This document shows, one piece after another, positions 56,478 through 64,000 of a stretch of 64,000 nt of DNA (the first letter of the stretch is position 1; every line of letters begins with the position of its first letter). The position numbers were made by a program, and so were the translations under genes. Below the pieces are notes generated by a model that saw only the letters and a program-made list of their open reading frames with translations, ran no database searches and was not told the origin of the DNA. The stretch is from Pseudomonadota bacterium. Lineage in GTDB: Bacteria; Desulfobacterota; Binatia; Binatales; Binataceae. The stretch lies in contig JAJPKA010000017.1 in the NCBI GenBank assembly GCA_021323945.1, forward strand, positions 31,990 to 95,989, read 5' to 3'.

Positions 56478-57995
56478 TTACAAAATCAGCCATCGCCGGC
56501 CATCTGCTTCAATCAGGTGGTCTGCTGCTGGCGGTCCCATGGCGCCGGCCGGGTACTCGTACAAGGGCAGATCGGGGTTGGTCGCCCACTGGTCGAGAAT
56601 CGACTGGACGAAGGCCCAGGCCTGCTCGACGAACGAGTCAGTCACGAACAGCGTATGATCACCAGCCATCACATCGAGTAAGAGACGCTCATAGGCATCC
56701 GGGACCGGCCCTTCAAACTCACTCTGATACCGCAGATTCATTTGTACCGGGCTAATAGTCACACCTGGTCCAGGATGCTTGGCTAGTACCCCGAAAGAAA
56801 ATCCTTCATCGGGCTGGATCCGCAAGGTTAACGCGTTGGCCGGCAGGAATCCGGCTCGATTGAACAAAATGCGGGGGACCTCTTTGAATTGAATGTGAAT
56901 CAGGCTTTCCCGCGCATGCATCCGTTTGCCGGTGCGGAGGTAGAACGGTACCCCGGCCCATCGCCAATTATCGACAAATGCCTTGAGCGCAACGAAGGTC
57001 TCCGTGCGTGAGTTGCTGGGTATATCTTTCTCGTTCAAATAACCAGGGACTTCGACGCCGCCGACCTTACCGCGGCTATAGCGCCCTCGTACGACCCGGG
57101 TAGCAGCATCACCAGGCCCGATAGGCCGTAGTGCGCGCAGCAGGTTAAGTTTAGCTTCGCCGACTGCCTCAGCTTCGAGCGAAACCGGAGGTTCCATGGC
57201 CAGCAGCGCGAGCAACTGGAGCATATGATTCTGCACCATGTCGCGCAGGGCCCCAGCCGGCTCATAGTACATGGCGCGCGAGCCCACGCCTTCGCTTTCT
57301 GCCACGGTGATCTGGACGTGGTCGACATTTCGCGCACCCCACATCCGCTCGAAGATCGTATTGGCAAATCGCAGCACGAGCAGGTTCTGCACCGTCTCCT
57401 TGCCCAGATAATGGTCAATACGGAAGACCTGCGACTCAGCGAAATGCTGCAGAATGGCGCGATTGGTCAGACGAGCGCTTTCCAAATCATGCCCGATAGG
57501 CTTCTCGACCACCACCCGAGTGAAGTGGGGCGCTTCGGGCTTGGCGATAAGACCGGCGCGGTCCAGGCGAGCGACAGTTTCATTAACTGCCTCTGGCGGA
57601 ATGGAGAGATAGTAGATGCGATTGGGTGGCAGGTGAAAGGCTGCTTCCAAGTCTTCCAGTTTTACTCGCAGCCGGTCGAATGCCTCCGGCTGATCCAGGC
57701 CTCCCAGGTAATCGAGCCGAGCGGCGAAATCTGCCCAGCACGCGTCGTCCAGGTCCAGCCGCGAGAACTTGATCACCGCGTCCCGCATCTGTGCACGAAA
57801 GGCATCCGGCGCGATTGGCCGGCGGGCGAACCCGAGGATTGCATAATCATGAGGAGCCATCCCGCCCCCGCAGCTCCGCAAGTTGTACAAGGCTGGCACC
57901 AGCTTCCGCCGGGCCAAATCTCCGGATGCGCCAAAAATCACGATTGTACAGGGCGGGGCAGGTGAGGCCTGGGCAACCTGATACGTCTGTTCCAC
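56478..57995 (-). CDS. zwf: Glucose-6-phosphate dehydrogenase
   Basis: IVIFGASGDLARRKL, RIDHYLGKE and FANTIFE. Confidence 0.95.
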   Translation of the reverse strand: MEQTYQVAQASPAPPCTIVIFGASGDLARRKLVPALYNLRSCGGGMAPHDYAILGFARRPIAPDAFRAQMRDAVIKFSRLDLDDACWADFAARLDYLGGLDQPEAFDRLRVKLEDLEAAFHLPPNRIYYLSIPPEAVNETVARLDRAGLIAKPEAPHFTRVVVEKPIGHDLESARLTNRAILQHFAESQVFRIDHYLGKETVQNLLVLRFANTIFERMWGARNVDHVQITVAESEGVGSRAMYYEPAGALRDMVQNHMLQLLALLAMEPPVSLEAEAVGEAKLNLLRALRPIGPGDAATRVVRGRYSRGKVGGVEVPGYLNEKDIPSNSRTETFVALKAFVDNWRWAGVPFYLRTGKRMHARESLIHIQFKEVPRILFNRAGFLPANALTLRIQPDEGFSFGVLAKHPGPGVTISPVQMNLRYQSEFEGPVPDAYERLLLDVMAGDHTLFVTDSFVEQAWAFVQSILDQWATNPDLPLYEYPAGAMGPPAADHLIEADGRRWLIL

Positions 57996-58128
57996 TCAAT
58001 GCTCCAGCATTACGCTAAGGTTGTCGCTGTCGACCAGATTATCGGTGTGCGGGCCACAGACCTAAGGCGAAGAGCGCCGGGGTCCGCTCAATGAATCTCA
58101 ATCGATCAATGATTGATACTAGGATATC

Positions 58129-58635
58129 ATGTCTGCTGCCGCCGAGGTCCATCAGACGCAAACCGGCAACTCAAAGACAGGAATGAACCAAGATACCAGC
58201 ATGAGCGATAATTCTGCGGCGCTCCGGCAGCAGAGCAGACTAAAGCTCTGGCTGCCCACGATAGCGTGGCTAATCACGTTATTCGTGCTTTCGACGTCGC
58301 TGTTCTCGGCAGCGAACACTTCCAGAGTGATAGTCCCCATACTTCGGTTCTTACTACCTGGCGCGGCTGACCCAACCATCATGATCCTGCACGGCTTGAT
58401 TCGAAAGGCCGCGCATTTTGCCAATTATGGTGTTCTGTTTTGGATCTTAATTCGGGGTCCGATGGCGGGGCGTCCCTATGCAGCTCTGATGCTGTGCATC
58501 TGCTATGCCTTCTTCGACGAAGCACATCAGATTCTGGTGCCCGGCCGAACCCCTTCTCTCTTCGACGTCGCGGTCGATTCCAGCGGAGCCCTGTTCAGCC
58601 GGTTCCTTAACGAGGCAACGAGTGGTGCATCGTGA
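58129..58635 (+). CDS. VanZ-family membrane protein
   Basis: Four hydrophobic segments with KAAHFANYGVLFWIL and DEAHQILVPGRTPSLFDV, typical of VanZ-like proteins. The true start may lie further downstream. Confidence 0.65.
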   Translation: MSAAAEVHQTQTGNSKTGMNQDTSMSDNSAALRQQSRLKLWLPTIAWLITLFVLSTSLFSAANTSRVIVPILRFLLPGAADPTIMILHGLIRKAAHFANYGVLFWILIRGPMAGRPYAALMLCICYAFFDEAHQILVPGRTPSLFDVAVDSSGALFSRFLNEATSGAS

Positions 58636-58669
58636 AATAAACCGCGCCTGACCGATTGATGCCGAGCGA

Positions 58670-59701
58670 ATGAGATGCAAAGGCGCGACTTCAAAAGCTT
58701 ACCAAGCCGTGGCTGAAGATCCTATCCGGTTCGGAGTCCTTGGTGCTGCACGGATCGTCCCCAAGGCGTTAATCCAGCCAGCACAACAGCTCGACAAGGC
58801 GAAAGTTGTGGCGATCGCCGCGCGCGATCCGGGGCGAGCGCGGAACTTTGCGATGCTCAACGGAATTCCCCATGTTGTGCCCTCGTACCGCGACCTCATC
58901 GAGGCGCCCGAGATAGAGGCTGTCTATATTGCGCTTCCAAATTCGCTCCACGCGTATTGGACGATCGCCGCCTTGCGAGCCGGCAAACACGTGCTGTGTG
59001 AAAAGCCATTGGCGTCGAACGCGGTAGAGGCGAGCCAAATGGCTCGAACCGCCGGCGAAACTGGCCGAATTCTGGCCGAGGCTCTCCACTATCGATATCA
59101 TCCCCTGGCGGTTCGCATCCGCGATCTGCTCCGGAGCGGATGCATTGGCCGGTTGCGGGAACTCCAGGCACATTTTGCGGCACCTGGTATCCCCGGCGAC
59201 ATCCGCTTCGATTGGAAGCTCTCCGGCGGTGCGCAGATGGACCTGGGATGCTATACGCTTGACATGGTCCGCTACTTTTCGGGGCAAACGCCCGTGGTTC
59301 GTCGAGCGCGAGCCCGGGTCGGCCCGCCGAACGTCGATCTCGAAATGACAGCCGAACTGGAGTTCGGCGACGGCGTCAAAGCGCACATCAGCTGTTCAAT
59401 GGCACCGGAGGCGCAGGCTGGCGCCTGGTTTCGGGCAACGGGCGACGGCGGCGAAATCGTGGTGACCAATCCTGTTGCTCCCCAGATCGGTCATTTGATT
59501 AGGCTACGCACGCCTCGCGGTGAGAAGCGCGAAGTGGTCGAGGGCAAGGCCACCTACTTCTACCAGTTGCAGGCTTTTGTCGCCGCCATCCGCGATAACC
59601 AGCCGATCGCGACGCCCTTAGCCGATAGCATCGTCAATATGCAGTTGATTGATGATGTTTACCGAGCAGCTGGACTGCCACCCAGGGGCGCCTTCGGGTA
59701 G
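58670..59701 (+). CDS. Gfo/Idh/MocA family oxidoreductase
   Basis: IRFGVLGAARI, AVYIALPNSLH, and GKHVLCEKPLA. Confidence 0.85.
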   Translation: MRCKGATSKAYQAVAEDPIRFGVLGAARIVPKALIQPAQQLDKAKVVAIAARDPGRARNFAMLNGIPHVVPSYRDLIEAPEIEAVYIALPNSLHAYWTIAALRAGKHVLCEKPLASNAVEASQMARTAGETGRILAEALHYRYHPLAVRIRDLLRSGCIGRLRELQAHFAAPGIPGDIRFDWKLSGGAQMDLGCYTLDMVRYFSGQTPVVRRARARVGPPNVDLEMTAELEFGDGVKAHISCSMAPEAQAGAWFRATGDGGEIVVTNPVAPQIGHLIRLRTPRGEKREVVEGKATYFYQLQAFVAAIRDNQPIATPLADSIVNMQLIDDVYRAAGLPPRGAFG

Positions 59702-59825
59702 CGACCTGATCGTTGCAGCAGCGAAAGAAGCTACGCTAAAGTAGCTACCAGTTAAAAATAAACTTTGCTAAACGACGCCGATTGCGCGTGAGACTCTCGG
59801 GCGCCCATGGGCGTTAGTTTGCGAG

Positions 59826-60299
59826 ATGACTCGAGGAGCGAACAATATGCATTTCCATGCCGGCGGCGCGGTGGCAGCCGCGGTCCGCAATGCAGCACGC
59901 CAACCTACCAAGACACGCCTTTTGGCGACAATGCTAGCTCTCACTACGGTCCCAGCATTTTTCCCAGCGCCTTCCGCGCATGCGGCCGACGCTCCTAGTG
60001 TGGTCGTTAAGATGAGTGATAAACCGCCGAAGTTTATCCCCGACAAGGTGACGATAAAGGCTGGGCAGACTGTCGAGTGGATCAATAACGCAAAAACACT
60101 GCACTCGGTCGATGGCGATCCGTCGATGGCGCTGAAGCCTTCCGACGTTTCGCTGCCGAAAGGGGCGACCCCTTTTGATTCGGGCTTCATGAAGCCCGAG
60201 ATGACTTGGCAATACACCTTTAAAATCCGGGGCACTTACAAGTATACCTGCGTTCCCCATGAGAAAGACGGGATGAATGGAGAAGTAATTGTCAAGTAA
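59826..60299 (+). CDS. Type-1 copper (cupredoxin, plastocyanin/pseudoazurin-like) protein
   Basis: Signal peptide ending in AHAADA. The copper ligand pattern is H (TLHSV) ... C-x2-H-x4-M (YTCVPHEKDGM). Confidence 0.8.
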   Translation: MTRGANNMHFHAGGAVAAAVRNAARQPTKTRLLATMLALTTVPAFFPAPSAHAADAPSVVVKMSDKPPKFIPDKVTIKAGQTVEWINNAKTLHSVDGDPSMALKPSDVSLPKGATPFDSGFMKPEMTWQYTFKIRGTYKYTCVPHEKDGMNGEVIVK

Positions 60300-60374
60300 C
60301 GAGGACTCGGTGGAACGACAAGCTGGATCAATTGCAGGCTGCGCGTTAATCTGGCGGGCGATTTCATTGGTCGA

Positions 60375-61205
60375 ATGCAAAGGGATGAAATGAGGCGTCA
60401 ACTTGCGATGCGGGCAAGCACGATATGGTCGAGAACCAACGTAACCTGGCTCGGGCTGGCTCTCGCCTTATTGTTCACATTGGGAACCGTACCCAAAGCC
60501 TATGGCTTTCCGTGGAGCACGGATATGTATCAAGGAGCCGCGGTGCAGCCGCTGGAGATCGCTCCACGTGTAATGCCGAATGGGACGCTGCCAGTTCCGG
60601 GCATCCACTACAATATCCATTATGGTCAACCTCAGGGAATGCCCACTACCGCCGCGATTTTGCCGATGAAGCTCGAATTGATGACGGTGCGAGAACGCAA
60701 CCCTTTACAGCCGACCCCTGAAAATCTGGCCCACGGTAGAGTGTTATTTGAAACGGTCTGCGCTCCTTGCCATGGCCGAATCGGTAAGGGTGACGGCTCG
60801 GTGGTCCATTTGCTCGCCCACAAACCCGCCAACCTCTTGACGGGTGTTAGTACCAATCTGCCCGATGGCTACGTCTTCGGTTATATCCGTAACGGCGGTA
60901 TCTGGATGCCGTCGTACGACGACGCGATGTCGGCGACGGAGCGCTGGCAAATCGTGCTCTATATGCGCGACTTGGAGAAGAAATATGGCGAGCTGGCAAG
61001 TAAGGGCACGTCGAGTCAGCCAGTCTCCCAAAGCGAATCTAATCTTGGCGAAGGTCAGTATCAGCAATACGAGCCGGGCAAAATGGTGTCGGGCAGGAAC
61101 CCCGAGCAGCAGGGACGGTCAGGCTTGGCGGCCGAACCAGGATTGTTTCAGCCTGGCTTGGACGAATCGGGTACTCCAGCGTCACTCGGAGCCCCGCAAG
61201 AATAG
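60375..61205 (+). CDS. Membrane-anchored monohaem c-type cytochrome with a disordered C-terminal tail
   Basis: TM segment WLGLALALLFTLG and a single CAPCH haem motif with a distal Met candidate (IWMPSY). The N-terminal WSTDMYQGAAVQP..MPNGTLP resembles the monohaem subunits of alternative complex III (by eye only). Confidence 0.75.
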   Translation: MQRDEMRRQLAMRASTIWSRTNVTWLGLALALLFTLGTVPKAYGFPWSTDMYQGAAVQPLEIAPRVMPNGTLPVPGIHYNIHYGQPQGMPTTAAILPMKLELMTVRERNPLQPTPENLAHGRVLFETVCAPCHGRIGKGDGSVVHLLAHKPANLLTGVSTNLPDGYVFGYIRNGGIWMPSYDDAMSATERWQIVLYMRDLEKKYGELASKGTSSQPVSQSESNLGEGQYQQYEPGKMVSGRNPEQQGRSGLAAEPGLFQPGLDESGTPASLGAPQE

Positions 61206-61267
61206 AAAAGAACCGAATGAAATTATCGGCCGCTACCAACTGGAGTGACGACGCCGGTGATCGCTCT

Positions 61268-62185
61268 CTAATGACCAACGCGAGGATTGCGGGCATAAAG
61301 TTCCATGCTATTTGCCCAGTTGAGTAGATGCGGGTGGTGACGCTGCCAGCCCTTGATCAACTTTCCTATCAGACCACCTGGCCGTAGCCTGCGGCCCCGT
61401 CGAAATGGTTCAAGAGCCTTGACCAGGAGGCGCGGCAGCGGCATCTCGTCTGCTTCGAGCACGCCTCTGATTTGAATGGCTTCGAAACCCGCTCGTGCAA
61501 TGCAAGCGTGTAGTGTGGCCGGCGTGAAGTAGGAAATGTGTGCGGGTGGGCAGAACCAATGATGGCTGTGGGGGTTGCGTAAAGCTTCCGGCGCACCGAA
61601 GTTGGGGGTGCTGAGCAACAGTACGGCCTGCGGATTCATCAAACCTCGCACGTCGCTCATGAAAGTTAACGGATCGTCTAGATGCTCGATCACCTCGAAC
61701 AAAGCCACACAATCAAATCTTAGCTCAGCGGCGGCTGCCTCTTGCAGAGAGGCGAAAACGTGGCAACCAAGCTGCCGTTCGCAACGCCTTCGCATCGTCG
61801 GTGACAATTCCACTCCATAGATCTGCCACGCATGAGATCGCGCCTCGCGCAAAAAGTCCCCGGCCGCACACCCAATCTCAAGCATTCTGCCCGGTGATGT
61901 GATTTGGTCGAGCCGGTTCAGTCGCTCCAACACGAGCCGTCGAGCGTCTCGCGACGCTTGCTCGTAATCCGGATATCCGTAGGCACGACCACCGTTCCAA
62001 TAGGCGTCATCCATGTAGACGGTGCGCAGATCATAATTCTCCGGTAGCAGCGCGAACATAAACTCGCAGCCAGCGCAGCGGACGATCTGGAAGCCATTGT
62101 TTGCCATCAGCGGCTTGGTCAAGCCGCCGCACAGTTTGCAGTCGGGCAAAGCGCGATTAGTCTCAACTCCTGCTGCACGTTCCAT
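61268..62185 (-). CDS. Class I SAM-dependent methyltransferase with an N-terminal zinc ribbon
   Basis: CKLCGG...CAGCEF ribbon, then LEIGCAAGDFL (motif I). ATG at 62185 was verified. The track ORF extends to 62272, inside the upstream gene. Confidence 0.8.
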   Translation of the reverse strand: MERAAGVETNRALPDCKLCGGLTKPLMANNGFQIVRCAGCEFMFALLPENYDLRTVYMDDAYWNGGRAYGYPDYEQASRDARRLVLERLNRLDQITSPGRMLEIGCAAGDFLREARSHAWQIYGVELSPTMRRRCERQLGCHVFASLQEAAAAELRFDCVALFEVIEHLDDPLTFMSDVRGLMNPQAVLLLSTPNFGAPEALRNPHSHHWFCPPAHISYFTPATLHACIARAGFEAIQIRGVLEADEMPLPRLLVKALEPFRRGRRLRPGGLIGKLIKGWQRHHPHLLNWANSMELYARNPRVGH

Positions 62186-62213
62186 CGATCTTGGCTCGGT
62201 TTGGGGCAGTTGG

Positions 62214-63368
62214 TTAGCGGGACCTGCCGGAGCGAAGACACGCTTGATACACATCCAGGTAACCGGCAGCACATTTTTCCCAAGTATAATTCGCGGCGAC
62301 TAGCCGCTGACCGGCTGCGCCCATCTCTGTCCGCATCCGCTCATTGGCGAGCAGTCTTCGAATAGCCCCGATGGTGCCATCGACGTCTTCCGGGGGCAGC
62401 AGGTAACCATTGACGCCGCTATGAATTACCTCGCGCGCCCCCCCGGTGTCAGTTCCGATTACCGGTGTCCCAGCCGCCATCGCTTCAAGGTAGACCAGCG
62501 GCATGCATTCGCCCGGCCGGCTGGGCAGGACAAACATTGTGGCCCCGCGGTGCAGTGCCCGCAGCTCATCACGGGACTTGACCCCGAGTAGATGGATGCG
62601 CTCCTCACACCCGGAACTTTTGGCCAATTGCTCGACACGACTCAGGTCGGGGCCGCCACCCGCAATCAAAAGATCGATCTCAGTGAAATCTTTTGCAACC
62701 ACCTGGAATGCCTTGATCAGCAGATCGAGGGCCTTGTGTTCAAGGTTGAAACGACAGGCGCAGAACAAGTAAGGGCGCGCAGCTCTGTATGGTGCTGTGT
62801 TCACTGCGCTGATAGCATCGACTCCGCCGATAATCACATGGGCGCGCCGTGCCGCCGCCAATCGGTTTGAAAAGAAATCGCGCGTAGCCGCTGAGCCGGT
62901 AATGATCGCGGCAGACCGTTCGAGGGCAAGCAATCCTCGCTCCCCCAGGCGGCCACGGCCCCGTTCGTCAGTCACATGGAAGCTCTGGACCAGCGGAACG
63001 CGGGCGCCCCGGCAGGCGCTTACGACCGTCGGGTAACGATCCCATGCCCAAAGGTGACTGTTCACGACGTCCGGTTGCCAAGCGCGCAAGACATGCGCCA
63101 ATCCGCCGAACCGTGCATACCAGGGGATTCGCACAAGTGTTTCGAGATGGCGCAGGCCGATGGGCTTGCGGTTCCAGATCTCGTGGTAGATACATTCGAC
63201 TCCGGGATCGGGCGAGCGTTCATACCCGGATGCCCCAGCACGGGGATCGTGGGTTGAGACAACAGCGACCGTATGGCCGGCATGCTTAAGCTGGAGCGCC
63301 AGGCTCTGGACAATCTCGGCGATACCTCCTAGAGCGTTGTAACCCTCGACCAACATCAGGATGCGCAT
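62214..63368 (-). CDS. GT4-family (GT-B fold) glycosyltransferase
   Basis: MRILMLVEGYNALGGI and the EX7E-type region LVYLEAMAAGTPVIGTDTGGAREVIHSGVNGYLL. Confidence 0.85.
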   Translation of the reverse strand: MRILMLVEGYNALGGIAEIVQSLALQLKHAGHTVAVVSTHDPRAGASGYERSPDPGVECIYHEIWNRKPIGLRHLETLVRIPWYARFGGLAHVLRAWQPDVVNSHLWAWDRYPTVVSACRGARVPLVQSFHVTDERGRGRLGERGLLALERSAAIITGSAATRDFFSNRLAAARRAHVIIGGVDAISAVNTAPYRAARPYLFCACRFNLEHKALDLLIKAFQVVAKDFTEIDLLIAGGGPDLSRVEQLAKSSGCEERIHLLGVKSRDELRALHRGATMFVLPSRPGECMPLVYLEAMAAGTPVIGTDTGGAREVIHSGVNGYLLPPEDVDGTIGAIRRLLANERMRTEMGAAGQRLVAANYTWEKCAAGYLDVYQACLRSGRSR

Positions 63369-63531
63369 CGTCGCAATTTGCCACCAATCTTCTCAGGCTC
63401 GGCCACAGACAGACCGAACGACTATATAACGACGAAACGACGCGTTATATTTCAATGGCTTGCGCTTCTCCAAGGGCGGATGCTTGAAACCCCTTAAGCA
63501 GTAGGATTGAATGCCCCAAGGCAATTGACGG

Positions 63532-64000
63532 ATGGTGACAGATCCGAAACCGGATGCTGCTCAAAGCAGTCGTGGGCCCACGGTTCTTGTGATTCACGGA
63601 CCCAACCTTAACTTGCTCGGCACGCGTGAGCCTCACCTCTACGGGTCCGTCACGCTCGATGAGATTAACCGGCAGCTAATTGCGCTTGGCGTTGAGCTGG
63701 GCCTTCGGGTCGAGACCTTCCAGTCCAACAGCGAGGGTGCTTTGGTTGATCGCATCCAACAGGCACGCGGCCTTGTTGACCTGATTATTATCAATCCAGC
63801 TGCCTACACCCACACAAGTATCGCGATTCGCGATGCGCTGCTCACGGTCGGGGCTCCGGTGATCGAAGTTCATCTGTCCAATGTCTACAAGCGCGAGTCG
63901 TTCCGGCATCATTCAACTATAGCCGATGTGGTGGAGGGGCGGCTTATGGGATTTGGCGCCGATGGGTATCTTTTGGCTTTGCGGGCAGCCGCCAAGCTGC
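63532..64000 (+). CDS. aroQ: Type II 3-dehydroquinate dehydratase (3' end outside the window)
   Basis: Absent from the track because no stop falls in the window. My translation from ATG 63532 is [39 protein letters not shown]...[17 protein letters not shown]...[18 protein letters not shown]. All are AroQ hallmarks. Confidence 0.9.
   Translation, partial: MVTDPKPDAAQSSRGPTVLVIHGPNLNLLGTREPHLYGSVTLDEINRQLIALGVELGLRVETFQSNSEGALVDRIQQARGLVDLIIINPAAYTHTSIAIRDALLTVGAPVIEVHLSNVYKRESFRHHSTIADVVEGRLMGFGADGYLLALRAAAKL

Noticed and set aside
57225-57965. A 246-aa plus-strand ORF opposite zwf
   Set aside because: It is a shadow ORF. The minus strand encodes an unmistakable glucose-6-phosphate dehydrogenase (GASGDLARRKL, RIDHYLGKE).
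1-64000. A search of the whole window for CRISPR arrays, tRNA or rRNA genes, IS elements, integrases, toxin-antitoxin pairs and known defence-system genes
   Set aside because: I saw no direct-repeat arrays, cloverleaf-like segments, transposase or recombinase motifs, or nuclease/ATPase defence modules. The window reads as core chromosome rather than an accessory island. This was visual inspection only, so small elements could have been missed.

Overview
A 64-kb chromosomal segment of roughly 58-60% GC, densely packed with about 70 mostly housekeeping or metabolic genes. It probably comes from an uncultured diderm soil or sediment bacterium. That is inferred from a TolC-family gene, many LLM, acyl-CoA dehydrogenase, CaiB and SnoaL genes, and frequent disordered protein tails. 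No rRNA, tRNA, CRISPR, transposase, integrase or phage genes were found.

Main blocks, left to right:
- maf-yggS-proC-yggT.
- A minus-strand operon headed by a SAM-I riboswitch. It encodes a MoaD/ThiS-type sulfur carrier, two PLP enzymes (ThrC-like and CysM-like), a stand-alone NIL domain and two ThiF/MoeB paralogues.
- A lipid and acyl-CoA metabolism group with a paired acyl-CoA dehydrogenase.
- uvrA.
- comF, a methyltransferase, purN, a GT2 glycosyltransferase and glutaredoxin.
- glpK, then yceD-rpmF-plsX-fabD.
- nth.
- An ORF-poor gap of about 1.36 kb.
- An 11-gene complex-I operon (nuoABCD-HIJKLMN) with no nuoEFG.
- A trans-sulfuration enzyme, an Hpt protein, an orphan TolC, zwf, a cupredoxin plus cytochrome c pair, glycosyltransferase and methyltransferase genes, and aroQ running off the right edge.

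The most interesting signal is the riboswitch-controlled sulfur-carrier operon. Its two E1-like paralogues have lost complementary motifs, which suggests a heterodimeric E1 like those of eukaryotes. All functional calls come from motif recognition in the supplied translations or my own translations. No database search was run.
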